From contig OZ038378.1 of assembly GCA_964036045.1 (NCBI GenBank), positions 171,554,001 to 171,618,000 of the forward strand: a stretch of DNA of 64,000 bases, in the 5' to 3' direction. This document shows, piece after piece, positions 12,001 to 23,173 of this stretch; position 1 is the first letter of the stretch, and each line of letters begins with the position of its first letter. The DNA is from Eutreptiella sp. 'Long Island Sound 2002'. Its lineage: Eukaryota; Protista; Euglenida. The position numbers and the translations under genes are program-made. A model generated the notes under the pieces. It worked only from the letters and a program-made list of their open reading frames with translations. It ran no database searches and was not told the origin of the DNA.

Positions 12001-13388
12001 AGTACCGCAAACGGCAGCGGCAGGATGCAGAGGAGTGTCAGGCCCCCCCTGCTCTGGTCATGCCGGCGCAGTTCAATCGCGTGCTGGTGGATGCAGAGTG
12101 CTCTCATGATGGCAGTGTGAAGCACATCGGAAAGCTGATGGAGCAGGAGGGGAAGGGGCTGGCAAAATTGTATTGGAGCCAGGAAGGTGTGCCTTATGAT
12201 TGCCGTTGGCCGGTCGATGCCGTGGGGGGAGTGGCACCTTGACAAAGGCTGTATGACGCTTTGCTGATGACAAATCAATGCATAGGGTGTGGGTGGGGTT
12301 GGGTTTGAAGGGACTGTCTTCCTCAGCCCCTGCACCCACCAGGCGTGCCAGTGGAGTATCCGCTACAGAGTGCTCACAGGTCCAGGCCAGTGGCACGGCA
12401 GGAGAAGGGTACAGAGCACAGCAAGTAAGGGCCAGGAGGCGCATGATGCGATGGCAAGGCACATGATGCGGTGGGCTCCACTGGAGGCCTGAGCAGTGAA
12501 GGAGCGTTTTCGCAGTGGTGGGGACGGTTCTGGGCATATGCTAACAGTCGGTCTGAGAGGAAGGCTGATTGGTTTCAGGGGGAGTGTTGCGGCCCTGGGT
12601 CAGCATCTGGCAAGTGTTGACGCCCGCCGTTCTTGTGATCGGCCCGTTCGGGCACACTTTGGGCCAATTAGTTTTGCTCTCAATCTCAAGGACTGTGCCT
12701 TTTTCTTGTCCCAGATGCCAAACTTCAAGAGCTCTACGACCTCCAGTTCCGCCTCCTATGCAATGGTTATGATTTGCTGGCCCCAGGGGGTGCACTCGTG
12801 TATTGCACATGCAGTTTATCTGCTGCACAGAACGAGGGTGTTGTGGGCCGCTTTATGGACAAGCACAACGGGGCGTGCCTGGTTCCCCCGTTTGCAGGAG
12901 CATCCGGGTCTGTGCCGTCCAGTCACCCGGACATTTCGCATGCAAGCGACAGTGTCTCAAAGTCTGCAGGCCCATCCTCACCTGCTGTTTTACAGCAGCA
13001 GACGACGAACGCTGCGGTCGTGCCAGTACCGGGAAATGAGGATGAGAGCCAACGTGCAGGCAAGCCTGGGAACGTGTTTGGGAGCGGCATTGAGGATGGC
13101 AGCGGGGTTGGAAGCGAAAGTGGGAGTGGGAGTGGGAGTGGGGCATGGTGCATGATTGGTGACCAAGGAGAAATTTTGAAAAGGGGCGGAGTGAATCCAT
13201 TGCTTGCCATGGACACGGCCCATCTGCCGTTCAAAGAAGGATCGTTACCCCACACGATGTATTTCTCGCCGTCCGTGAGTGGCTGTTCAGGTCTATTTAT
13301 TGCCAAAATCCACAAGCCCCACAGGCCTCCGCATGTGCCGCCGCAGTCCCAGACAGGGACACCGCTGCAGTCCCAGTGTCAGTCGTAG
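1..13388 (+). CDS. NOL1/NOP2/Sun (RsmB/NSUN-family) RNA cytosine-C5 methyltransferase, 5'-incomplete; exons <1-111, 3735-3898, 4091-4174, 8201-8331, 9523-9668, 11933-12186, 12715-13388
   Basis: All introns are GT-AG and the exon phases match. The spliced protein reads PRFIRVNP..ELRTCFGSSLRPVAW|LPKGFFSL..VYGIDAASAAAVMAL..VLDICCAPG|GKTALIAD..VTG|VDISVQRL..RLVLGDGT..FNRVLVDAECSHDGS..LQFRLLCNGYDLLAPGGALVYCTCSLSAAQNEGVV..SGCSGLFIAKIHK. This contains SAM motif I, motif IV (DAEC) and motif VI (TCS). Confidence 0.9.
950..1800 (-). mobile_element. Decayed L1-like non-LTR retrotransposon fragment (RT C-terminus plus zf-RVT-like region) in methyltransferase intron 1
   Basis: Broken minus-strand frames read KELVFNLDEFLVLLAP (degenerate post-RT GGL-type motif) and LRIYLRAIPT..KCSFLTCLHPESVNMLYWQGP..W (like CxxC..ES.HL.W.C). 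Multiple stops and frameshifts. Confidence 0.45.
2803..3065. repeat. About 2.5 degenerate tandem copies of a ~110-120 bp unit
   Basis: Recurring ttgctattcaaag...catagat...aatgca(a/g)tggga(a/t)accatcaaa blocks at about 2807, 2850-2940 and 2950-3050. Confidence 0.55.
4245..6980 (+). mobile_element. 5'-truncated, frameshifted non-LTR (L1-like) retroelement: RT C-terminal region, CCHC-type zinc knuckle, RNase H; lies in methyltransferase intron 3
   Basis: ORF 4245-5030 (LFQEWVLPLFIY..LAMPPSAGGNHLPHP, RT thumb/GG-L-P motif). ORF 5127-5396 (WKKLAVGVRL..RCPVDGQMETSEHAVCFC, zf-RVT-like). ORF 5819-6829 is RNase H. Element boundaries are approximate. Confidence 0.75.
5819..6829 (+). CDS. Retroelement-encoded RNase H (RNase HI fold) with acidic/Pro-rich C-terminal extension; C-terminal part of the element's pol ORF
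   Basis: YPDGS..G.GVFFG..QTNIRGEL..PDCE..HRDLW..WLHTPLH...RNSRADHLA: the D-E-D-(H)-D catalytic set is recognisable. There is no ATG start, so this is probably not a standalone gene. Confidence 0.8.
   Translation: MYPDGSSEDHPVVGRVGGFGVFFGDERDTAAYIPLDEEQTNIRGELRASLHALERHRLGERSVICPDCELIVKGVLEWAQRWRRHNWTNTKGPMQHRDLWEQILTITERLGELVKWLHTPLHIEIPRNSRADHLADVGRQKSPLHGQISAHPRCQEEPEEEEWEEEPIEGWEGWEPEADDEAPSQPPPPLAGETATVHTIKTKWEGRADVSPGHPPLSPLWDIAVCTPTQQAKRPRLQTPLHLSLVCMPRPAGEEATPSSQAGAVTPYCVGIMRNTFHTPQSPMTPRVSMRLLDALKLVPMEESRELSLTPRSVESHTSTASTITCSTEGSQCYMP
7200..7321. repeat. Dispersed repeat family A ending in GTGCCAA plus a poly-C run
   Basis: agaggccaatag(g/a)cgccgccaaaggcaaacaa...gtgccaa(C)n occurs at 7252-7321 and 42269-42342. 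gagcctaat.cggaca.tgcaacctgacc is shared between 7206 and about 49664. Confidence 0.7.
9818..9908. mobile_element. 91-bp hairpin MITE-like element
   Basis: Inverted termini ttttacacttggttacgcgt (9818-9837) and acgtgtaaccaggtgtaaaa (9889-9908), 18/20 complementary. Confidence 0.65.
10509..10721. mobile_element. MITE-like element related to 9818-9908
   Basis: Termini catttacac / gtgtaaatg; internal tttacac/gtgtaaa motifs including tttacacctggctacgc. Confidence 0.5.
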
Positions 13389-16320
13389 CAGCAACGTGAG
13401 GAACAGTTCTGGGACTCCTCTTTATCTCTTTTGGATGCGACATACCGTCTACCGGTGCACCTCTCGATTTTATGTGTGCAGAACAGGAAGAGGACTGTGC
13501 GTGATTTCCCGCCCATGCACTGAAACGGCAACGCATGACAGAGAACGTCGCGTGGAGCCCCCCCCCCGCCCGGTAGTGTCTGAGCAATCCAGGGGTCGGG
13601 CTGTGATTGCATGGTCTTGGGATGTGATACCGTAATACGCAACACGAGGAGGCCTATGGAAATGCTCTCGACACCAGCTGCAGGCGTCCCAGTCGGCGCC
13701 CTCACCCTCGGGTGGACCCGGGCTGCAGCACGTTCCCCTGGAGCTGGTCTCAGGTGCACCTGTACCAGAGGGGGAGTGATTGCGTGGGGTTCCTGTCCGC
13801 TGTCCGCTGGTCCAGCGGCGATTCAAGGCCAACCGAGGAGCGCGCACCGAACCGATGCCGGGCCACCCGGACCACGAGGGTGCAACGGTGCTTGCCTTCC
13901 GTAGAACGGCGAGTGGCCTCTTTCCTATGAACACTGAATCTGCCCGGCGGCATCCACGAGTGATTGAGGTACCCACGTAACGGGCATGTCATGTGCTTGA
14001 GTTGGGCCGTCGCATCGGTGGAGGGGGCGCGACATGAGGATTCACAGACCGGGCGGACCGCATCCCGGCGATCCTCACCGCCCTCGTTCGTGGGCTCGCT
14101 CCGAGCGGAATTCGAGCGGTGTGGCCTGTTGTTGGACGCCGAGCTCCTCACAACGGGCCCGACCTTGCGCGCAGCAGAGGCCCGGTCCAGAGGTGGACCG
14201 CTCCGGTGCGGGGGCTGACCGGCCCGGACCAGCCCCTTCCGCTCCCCACAAGAAGACTTGGCATTGGACACCGGTTGTACCACAGACCTCTTTGCCTGAC
14301 TGGCCTCAATCTCCCGTCTTGGAGTGGGCTCCGCAGCGCGGGTCACAACAGGAGTGAGATGGCTGAGCCCAAAGCACCGGCGCCATCCGCAGGAGGTGCG
14401 CTTGGGCTCAGGGAGGGCCTAGGCCACGCCGGAGCCCAAGAGTCGGCCGAGTAGGCCACGCCGGGGCCCCGGTACAGCCCAAGAGTCACTGGAAGTCGCG
14501 GCAATTGCTGTTCGAGGCCGGACGACAGGAGCCTCAGAAGGGTGCCGTTGTGCGTACTGACAAGGGGAGGCACAGGCTTCCCCTCAGAAGCACCACCCAC
14601 TGCTGCGCCGCTGTTCCTGTGCACACGCTGGTGACGTGCTGGGCCCCCATGCGGCGGCATCCGGCTGATGGGGAAGGTGCTGCAACAACGCACACTTGGG
14701 GAGCACACATTGGTGTGGCCTATTGCAAGGCTAGCCATGCCTCCAAGACACTGCGATGTGTAGAAATCTGTGGCCAAGAGCAGAGCCGCCATCTGATCGT
14801 CGATACCATTTCATGCAGCGCTGCGGCATGGCTGTCACCCATTTTTGGTACAACAGGGATCATGCGGATAGAGTGTTTCGCAAGTAATGCGCCGCTTGTT
14901 CGACACGGTGCAGACTGCGCGCCAATCCCCCCCTCTGTGGACCTGGTGGATGCATCAAGTAGGTGCGTGAGGGCTGGGTCACCGGCTCAACAAGAGCAAC
15001 CTACAGTGAACCAACTTAATTTTTTTTTGCGCCGAGGCTTTCCCTCGTGAGTCCAGTGTTCAATTGCATGATACCGGACGAACCAGTTCTGGAACACCAG
15101 AATCAGGTGGACCAGGTCCTGTGGTTTGTGTGTGTCTTTGTGCAAGTGTGCCTGAGTGTTGTGAGTTGTTCAATGCAATGTACAAGACAGAGATGCGTAG
15201 GAATCACTCAGAAGGACCAGGACACGTGTCTTTTGTGGGTGCCTGCGTGCATATGTGGGTGGCAGGCCATTTTGCAGTTTGATTGACCTCGGGGCTGAGC
15301 AATGGTCCTTTGGCCTCAGGACATGTCCCTGTTTTGTTTGGGGCCTTTGTGTGAAGGACATGGGAGGTGAAGATGGAGCTGTGAATTGGGGGTTGGGGAG
15401 ATGCAAGAATAACAGTCCAAGAAAATCGGGGGCGGCTTCGTGCGACAGCATGCGCATCAATGCAAAGAGAAAAAGGCTGAAAGAGACATTTGGGCCGCCA
15501 GTTCCAGATGTGACCCACCTGCGCTCCACCTGAAGGATCAGGCACCTGGAAAATTGTGTCCAAGTGTGAACCTGAGCTGTGGGCTGGATAGAAGGTGGCT
15601 GTGTTTGTGTAAGCGGTGACAAGGCTCTGCCTTCTGCCTGCCTTTCAGCGATGAGAGCTGTGATGCATCAACCAAAGGAAGCGACCCAGGCTCTCAGGGG
15701 GCGCTGCTGTGCCCTGTTTGAATGCATCACCTTCACCAGTGACTTGCACTGCACCTGCTCATACGACGTTGTGGCCACAATTTCCGTGGGCGCGCCATTT
15801 ACACGTCAAGGAAGAACCTCCACATTTCTTCACGAGTGCCTGCCGCTCGCCCCTGCCACTGCCAAGAACATTGTGAAGAGGCTCCCAACCCTTTGATGAC
15901 CACCAGAAGTTACACCCAGAGTATCTGCTTTTGCAACCGCTCCTGAAAGTCTCCCCCCCGTCCCCACCACCTCTACCTCTTCAGCTATTGGCTGACCTTG
16001 AGGAGGATGAGTTGGTGCTGGTCTTGCCATGTGCATTGTGCATGCAAGGCAACAAGGAACGACAGAACACCCCAGAGTGCGACCGGTGCGGGGGTCAGCG
16101 ACACAAAAAAGCTCAGTCTTGGATGAGGAGGAGGTGCAGGTCAGTAATTGTTCAGTGGTGCAACATCTGCTCAACCCCCGAAATGTCGTTGGTAAGAGAA
16201 CACTGTCCATAACGCAGGCCTCGTTTTGCATCTGAACCAGGGGTTGCCATAAGGACGCTCAGCCTTTTTTTTTTTTTTTACTATGGCACCCTCTCTCTGA
16301 CATTTCAAGCTCAGCAGATC

Positions 16321-16392
16321 GTGCTATAGCTTAGTTGGTAGTGGCACTAGGTTGTCATTTGAGAGGACCTGGGTTCAAACTCAGCTGCCTGC
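16321..16392 (+). ncRNA. tRNA-derived Pol III promoter segment (degenerate, not a functional tRNA)
   Basis: A-box-like tagcttagttgg (16327-16338) and B-box-like ggttcaaac (16372-16380); the cloverleaf stems are poor. Confidence 0.6.
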
Positions 16393-16447
16393 AATATTTT
16401 TACCTTCGCTTTTTTGGTCTTTTTTATGTCCCCATGTTACTTACCCC

Positions 16448-16576
16448 CAGCGGTTACCCACCAACCGCCGTCGGTTACCCACCAACCGCCAGCGGTTACC
16501 CACCAACCGCCGTCGGTTACCCACCAACCGCCAGCGGTGACCCACCAACTGCCATCGGTTACCCACCAACCGCCAT
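16448..16576. repeat. 21-bp tandem repeat, about 6 copies (cggttacccaccaaccgcc(ag/gt))
   Basis: Directly visible and gives the GYPPTA(S/V) translation. A related motif occurs in reverse complement at about 28032-28082. Confidence 0.85.
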
Positions 16577-17507
16577 TGTAGGGCGTATTGGACACTCAGA
16601 GTTTTTTTTTTTTCCTTATGGCAACCCCTGATCTGAACACGGATTGTCTTGCACCTGCATCCCAGGGAGTTGCTTTCATTTTCATTCCAGCAGGGGGGGG
16701 GGGGGCTTGGACCCCCTCCCCCCGTTCCCCAGACCCCCACCCCCCTCAACTCAATTCAGCTAGAAACCTGGCTTCCGGGAATTTTTTCTGTGACCCCCAA
16801 AAATTTTTCTCTTTGCCTTCAGCACGTGTCAAAGAGTGTTTACTTAATGTTCCATATGTACTCTTTCCTCATTGTTTTGCAGATTACCATGAGGCAGCGC
16901 TCGTTGTCCGTGTATTTTGGCTTCCCAGTCGAACAAGATAGGCTCACGGGACGAAAGAGACAAGAAGCATACGACTGCTCACAAAAGCATGTTCCAAACG
17001 GGTTTTGAGCGTACGAATGGCAATGCTGTGCAAGTTTGTCACTTTGGCACTGGAAATGGTAGTGCGAGGCCCCAAAGTGTGTCACCTGCCGCATGAATTT
17101 CACGCAATGCAGTCACCTGTTTGTGCATGATGAGCCGCACAGCTGCCACACACATGGACCCACCTGACTCATGCGTATTTTTTGTCATTCACAGCCCCTG
17201 TAGCCCTGTAGCCCTGCACTGCCCTGAATGGCCTACTATGATGATTGTGCTTTGCTTACTGCCCAAACATGGCATTTCTATTTACTGACTGGGTCAGTGT
17301 TGCACAATGGGGGAGTGTTAGCGTGCCGGGCGCGTGTCGGGCATTTTTTTTGACCCTTGCCCCACCGGTGGCCTTTTAGGGGGTGCACTAAGGGGGCGCA
17401 CTTTGCGCAGTGCAGCTATTTGGGCGTCTGGCTGTACTAGGGACCCATACTTTGAGATACTAGGGGCATCATTGTGACCCCTAGTGTAGGTTTTGACTTC
17501 TGATTTT

Positions 17508-18254
17508 GGGGGAGCGTTAGCGCGCCGGGCACGTGCCGGGCATCTTTTTTGACCCGTGCCCCACCGGTGACCTTTTAGGGGGTGCGCGCGCGGTGCAACT
17601 ATTTGCACGTCTAGCCGTCCTAGAACCCCATGCTTTGTGATACTATGGGCATTATTGTTGTTTGACAACGGGTATTTTGATGCTTCTTTCACATTCGGGA
17701 TATGGTATATTTGTATTCTCACCCAGTTTCACCCAGTTTCATCCATTTTTTGCTCGTTTCCACCACATCCACTCTTTACTACATTAATTTCTCCCCACCA
17801 TGGGGACCCCAAGGAAGCACGGGTAATGTAGCAATATTGATTTCTCCCCACCATGGGGACCCCGAGAAGGCAAGGGTGATGTAGCCATTCCGCCCAACTT
17901 TGGGCCCCTGAGAAGGCAGGGGTGATGTAGCCAATGCTAAATTTGCGCTTTGTTCTTGTGACGTGAGGCAGAAACGCTGTCCAAACCGCTTGCGGCTTGG
18001 GGACTCATTGCCATAGCAAAATCTATCGGAAAGGTAAAGGCAAAGTACCGTTTGTTAAGTACAATACAAATGACATTTGGAGTTGTTGAATTCACAGCTA
18101 TTGCCCAATTATGCAACGGTATGTAGGGAAGGTGCGCAGTCCATCATGGTCTATTTGGGGGGCCTTCTCCATCAGAGGGTAAATCTCGGGCTGAAGTCAG
18201 GATAGTTAATAGAAAGGTAGAAAGAAAGGTAGCGCGCCGGGCAAACATTCCCCC
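17508..18254 (+). mobile_element. 747-bp MITE of the same family nested in the left arm of the larger element
   Basis: Ends gggggagcgttagc / gcaaacattccccc with 3-bp TSD ttt. Its left end repeats 17309ff, and its right ~200 bp matches 23545-23743. Confidence 0.8.
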
Positions 18255-18361
18255 TTTGTACCCTTTGTTGAGGACCCGAGAATGCAGGGGTGGCGTAGCA
18301 TTTCCACCCTCTTTTGGGCCCCAACCTTCCGGTGCTATTGAGGAAACCGGGACAATCTCTG

Positions 18362-21300
18362 AATCCACACTTTGTCGCGTGGCCCCTTGAGTTGGGGTTA
18401 GGGACTCACAATCCACGCTTTGTTGCGTGGCCCCTTGAGTTGGGGTTAGGGACTCACAATCCACGTTTTTTTTGCGTGGCCCCTTGAAATGGGGTTAGGG
18501 ACTCGCAATCCACACTTTTTTGCGTGGCCCCTTGAGTTGGGGTTAGGGACTCACAATCCACGCTTTGTTGTGTGGCCCCTTGAGTTGGGGTTAGGGACTC
18601 GCAATCCACGCTTTTTTGCGTGGCCCCTTGAGTTGGGGTTAGGGACTCGCAATCCACGCTTTGTTGCGTGGCCCCTTGAGTTGGGGTTAGGGACTCACAA
18701 TCCACGTTTTTTTTTGCGTGGCCCCTTGAGTTGGGGTTAGGGACTCACAATCCACGCTTTGTTGCGTGGCCCCTTGAGTTGGGGTTAGGGACTCGCAATC
18801 CACACTTTTTTGCGTGGCCCCTTGAGTTGGGGTTAGGGACTCGCAATCCACGCTTTGTTGCGTGGCCCCTTGAGTTGGGGTTAGGGACTCGCAATCCACG
18901 CTTTTTTGCGTGGCCCTTTGAGTTGGGGTTAGGGACTCGCAATCCACGTTTTTTTTGCGTGGTTCCTTGAAATGGGGTTAGGGACTCACAATCCACGCTT
19001 TGTTGCGTGGCCCCTTGAGTTGGGGTTAGGGACTCGCAATCCACACTTTTTTGCGTGGCCCCTTGAGTTGGGGTTAGGGACTCACAATCCACGCTTTTTT
19101 GCGTGGCCCCTTGAGTTGGGGTTAGGGACTCGCAATCCACGCTTTTTTGCGTGGCCCCTTGAGTTGGGGTTAGGGACTCGCAATCCACGCTTTTTTGCGT
19201 GGCCCCTTGAGTTGGGGTTAGGGACTCACAATCCACGTTTTTTTTTGCGTGGCCCCTTGAAATGGGGTTAGGGACTCACAATCCACGCTTTGTTGCGTGG
19301 CCCCTTGAGTTGGGGTTAGGGACTCGCAATCCACACTTTTTTGCGTGGCCTCTTGAGTTGGGGTTAGGGACTCGCAATCCACGCTTTGTTGCGTGGCCCC
19401 TTGAGTTGGGGTTAGGGACTCGCAATCCACGCTTTTTTGCGTGGCCCCTTGAGTTGGGGTTAGGGACTCGCAATCCACGTTTTTTTCGCGTGGTTCCTTG
19501 AAATGGGGTTAGGGACTCGCAATCCACGCTTTGTTGCGTGGCCCCTTGAGTTGGGGTTAGGGACTCGCAATCCACGCTTTGTTGCGTGGCCCCTTGAGTT
19601 GGGGTTAGGGACTCGCAATCCACGCTTTGTTGCGTGGCCCCTTGAGTTGGGGTTAGGGACTCACAATCCACGTTTTTTTTGCGTGGCCCCTTGAAAGGGG
19701 GTTAGGGACTCACAATCCACGCTTTGTTGCGTGGCCCCTTGAGTTGGGGTTAGGGACTCGCAATCCACGCTTTGTTGCGTGGCCCTTTGAGTTGGGGTTA
19801 GGGACTCGCAATCCACGCTTTGTTGCGTGGCCCCTTGAGTTGGGGTTAGGGACTCACAATCCACGTTTTTTTTGCGTGGCCCCTTGAAATGGGGTTAGGG
19901 ACTCGCAATCCACGCTTTGTTGCGTGGCCCCTTGAGTTGGGGTTAGGGACTCGCAATCCACGCTTTGTTGCGTGGCCCCTTGAGTTGGGGTTAGGGACTC
20001 GCAATCCACGCTTTGTTGCGTGGCCCCTTGAGTTGGGGTTAGGGACTCACAATCCACGCTTTGTTGCGTGGCTCCTTGAAATGGGGTTAGGGACTCGCAA
20101 TCCACGCTTTTTTGCGTGGCCCCTTGAGTTGGGGTTAGGGACTCACAATCCATGTTTTTTTTGCGTGGCCCCTTGAAATGGGGTTAGGGACTTAGAAATC
20201 CACGCTTTGTTGCGTGGCCCCTTGAGTTGGGGTTAGGGACTCGCAATCCACGCTTTTTTGCGTGGCCCCTTGAGTTGGGGTTAGGGACTCGCAATCCACG
20301 CTTTTTTGCGTGGCCCCTTGAGTTGGGGTTAGGGACTCGCAATCCACGCTTTGTTGCGTGGCCCCTTGAGTTGGGGTTAGGGACTCGCAATCCACGCTTT
20401 TTTGCGTGGCCCCTTGAGTTGGGGTTAGGGACTCACAATCCACGTTTTTTTTGCGTGGCCCCTTGAAATGGGGTTAGGGACTCGCAATCCACGCTTTGTT
20501 GCGTGGCCCCTTGAGTTGGGGTTAGGGACTCGCAATCCACGCTTTGTTGCATGGCCCCTTGAGTTGGGGTTAGGGACTCGCAATCCACGCTTTTTTGCGT
20601 GGCCCCTTGAGTTGGGGTTAGGGACTCGCAATCCACGCTTTGTTGCGTGGCCCTTTGAGTTGGGGTTAGGGACTCGCAATCCACGCTTTTTTGCGTGGCC
20701 CCTTGAAATGGGGTTAGGGACTCGCAATCCACGCTTTGTTGCGTGGCCCTTTGAGTTGGGGTTAGGGACTCGCAATCCACGCTTTTTTGCGTGGCCCCTT
20801 GAAATGGGGTTAGGGACTCGCAATCCACACTTTGTTGCGTGGCCCCTTGAGTTGGGGTTAGGGACTCACAATCCACGCTTTGTTGTGTGGCCCTTTGAGT
20901 TGGGGTTAGGGACTCGCAATCCACGCTTTTTTGCGTGGCCCCTTGAAATGGGGTTAGGGACTCGCAATCCACGCTTTTTTGCGTGGCCCCTTGAGTTGGG
21001 GTTAGGGACTCGCAATCCACGCTTTGTTGCGTGGCCCTTTGAGTTGGGGTTAGGGACTCGCAATCCACGCTTTTTTGCGTGGCCCCTTGAAATGGGGTTA
21101 GGGACTCGCAATCCACGCTTTGTTGCGTGGCCCCTTGAGTTGGGGTTAGGGACTCGCAATCCACGCTTTGTTGCGTGGTCCCTTGAGTTGGGGTTAGGGA
21201 CTCGCAATCCACGCTTTGTTGCGTGGCCCCTTGAGTTGGGGTTAGGGACTCGCAATCCACGCTTTTTTGCGTGGCCCCTTGAAATGGGGTTAGGGACTCG

Positions 21301-22802
21301 CAATCCACGCTTTTTTGCGTGGCCCCTTGAGTTGGGGTTAGGGACTCGCAATCCACGCTTTGTTGCGTGGCCCTTTGAGTTGGGGTTAGGGACTCGCAAT
21401 CCACGCTTTTTTGCGTGGCCCCTTGAAATGGGGTTAGGGACTCGCAATCCACGCTTTGTTGCGTGGCCCCTTGAGTTGGGGTTAGGGACTCGCAATCCAC
21501 GCTTTGTTGCGTGGCCCCTTGAGTTGGGGTTAGGGACTCACAATCCACGTTTTTTTTGCGTGGCCCCTTGAAATGGGGTTAGGGACTCGCAATCCACGCT
21601 TTGTTGCGTGGCCCCTTGAGTTGGGGTTAGGGACTCGCAATCCACGCTTTGTTGCGTGGCCCCTTGAGTTGGGGTTAGGGACTCGCAATCCACGCTTTTT
21701 TGCGTGGCCCCTTGAGTTGGGGTTAGGGACTCGCAATCCACGCTTTGTTGCGTGGCCCTTTGAGTTGGGGTTAGGGACTCGCAATCCACGCTTTTTTGCG
21801 TGGCCCCTTGAAATGGGGTTAGGGACTCGCAATCCACGCTTTGTTGCGTGGCCCTTTGAGTTGGGGTTAGGGACTCGCAATCCACGCTTTTTTGCGTGGC
21901 CCCTTGAAATGGGGTTAGGGACTCGCAATCCACGCTTTTTTGCGTGGCCCCTTGAGTTGGGGTTAGGGACTCACAATCCACGCTTTGTTGCGTGGCCCTT
22001 TGAGTTGGGGTTAGGGACTCGCAATCCACGCTTTTTTGCGTGGCCCCTTGAAATGGGGTTAGGGACTCGCAATCCACGCTTTTTTGCGTGGCCCCTTGAG
22101 TTGGGGTTAGGGACTCGCAATCCACGCTTTGTTGCGTGGCCCTTTGAGTTGGGGTTAGGGACTCGCAATCCACGTTTTTTTGCGTGGCCCCTTGAAATGG
22201 GGTTAGGGACTCGCAATCCACGTTTTTTTTGCGTGGCCCCTTGAGTTGGGGTTAGGGACTCGCAATCCACGCTTTGTTGCGTGGCCCCTTGAGTTGGGGT
22301 TAGGGACTCACAATCCACGGTTTTTTTTGCGTGGCCCCTTGAGTTGGGGTTAGGGACTCGCAATCCACGCTTTTTTGCGTGGCCCCTTGAGTTGGGGTTA
22401 GGGACTCACAATCCACGTTTTTTTTGCGTGGCCCCTTGAAATGGGGTTAGGGACTCGCAATCCACGCTTTGTTGCGTGGTTCCTTGAGTTGGGGTTAGGG
22501 ACTCGCAATCCACGCTTTGTTGCATGGCCCCTTGAGTTGGGGTTAGGGACTCGCAATCCACGCTTTGTTGCGTGGCCCCTTGAGTTGGGGTTAGGGACTC
22601 GCAATCCACGCTTTGTTGCGTGGCCCTTTGAGTTGGGGTTAGGGACTCGCAATCCACGCTTTTTTGCGTGGCCCCTTGAGTTGGGGTTAGGGACTCGCAA
22701 TCCACGCTTTGTTGCGTGGCCCTTTGAGTTGGGGTTAGGGACTCGCAATCCACGCTTTTTTGCGTGGTCCCTTGAAATGGGGTTAGGGACTCGCAATCCA
22801 CG
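18362..22802. repeat. 48-bp tandem satellite, about 92 copies, containing the telomere-like GGGGTTAGGG
   Basis: Consensus gcgtggccccttgagttggggttagggactcgcaatccacgctttgtt; 16-aa periodicity in the ORF track; occasional 49-50 bp variants with a longer T-run. Confidence 0.97.
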
Positions 22803-23173
22803 AGAATGTAGGGATGACATAGCATTTCCGCCCTCCTTTGGGCCCCGGAGAAGGCAGGGGTGAGGCAGCCACTTCTGATTTTGTTCCCCTTCGTTTGGGG
22901 ATCCCACGGCGCAATGCAATAATTTACACTCCAGTTTTTATGCAGTCGTTCAGCCTTCTGGTGCTATTGAGGAAACCAGGACAATCTTTGTCACGCTTTT
23001 GCTTTGTGTTGCATTGTGTTGTGTTTTGTTGCGTAGTTCCTGAAATGCGTGAATGTGCACTTTGAAACGGGCACGCTGAGCTGGTAATATGGTGATACAT
23101 TCAGTGTGTCTGTTGCGGGAGATCAATTTTTGCTGTTCGCGTCCTCAGACCTTTGACAGCCCGCCAACAATGT

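Larger units (their letters stand above)
16238..16630. mobile_element. hAT-type MITE (393 bp) containing a tRNA-like segment and 21-bp repeats
   Basis: Perfect 18-bp TIR caggggttgccataagga / tccttatggcaacccctg; perfect 8-bp TSD atctgaac (16230-16237, 16631-16638). Confidence 0.9.

Noticed and set aside
14358-14397. Possible first exon MAEPKAPAPSAG with GTGCGC donor in a GC-rich region
   Set aside because: No convincing phase-compatible downstream exon found; left unannotated.
18362-22802. CRISPR array
   Set aside because: Units are contiguous near-identical 48-mers with no unique spacers, there are no cas genes, and the context is eukaryotic.
18454-22919. Long repetitive ORFs (SVDCESLTPTQGATQQ, LGLGTRNPRFVAWPLE) as proteins
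   Set aside because: These arise because the 48-bp unit is a multiple of 3 and stop-free in several frames on both strands; frames break at T-run variants.
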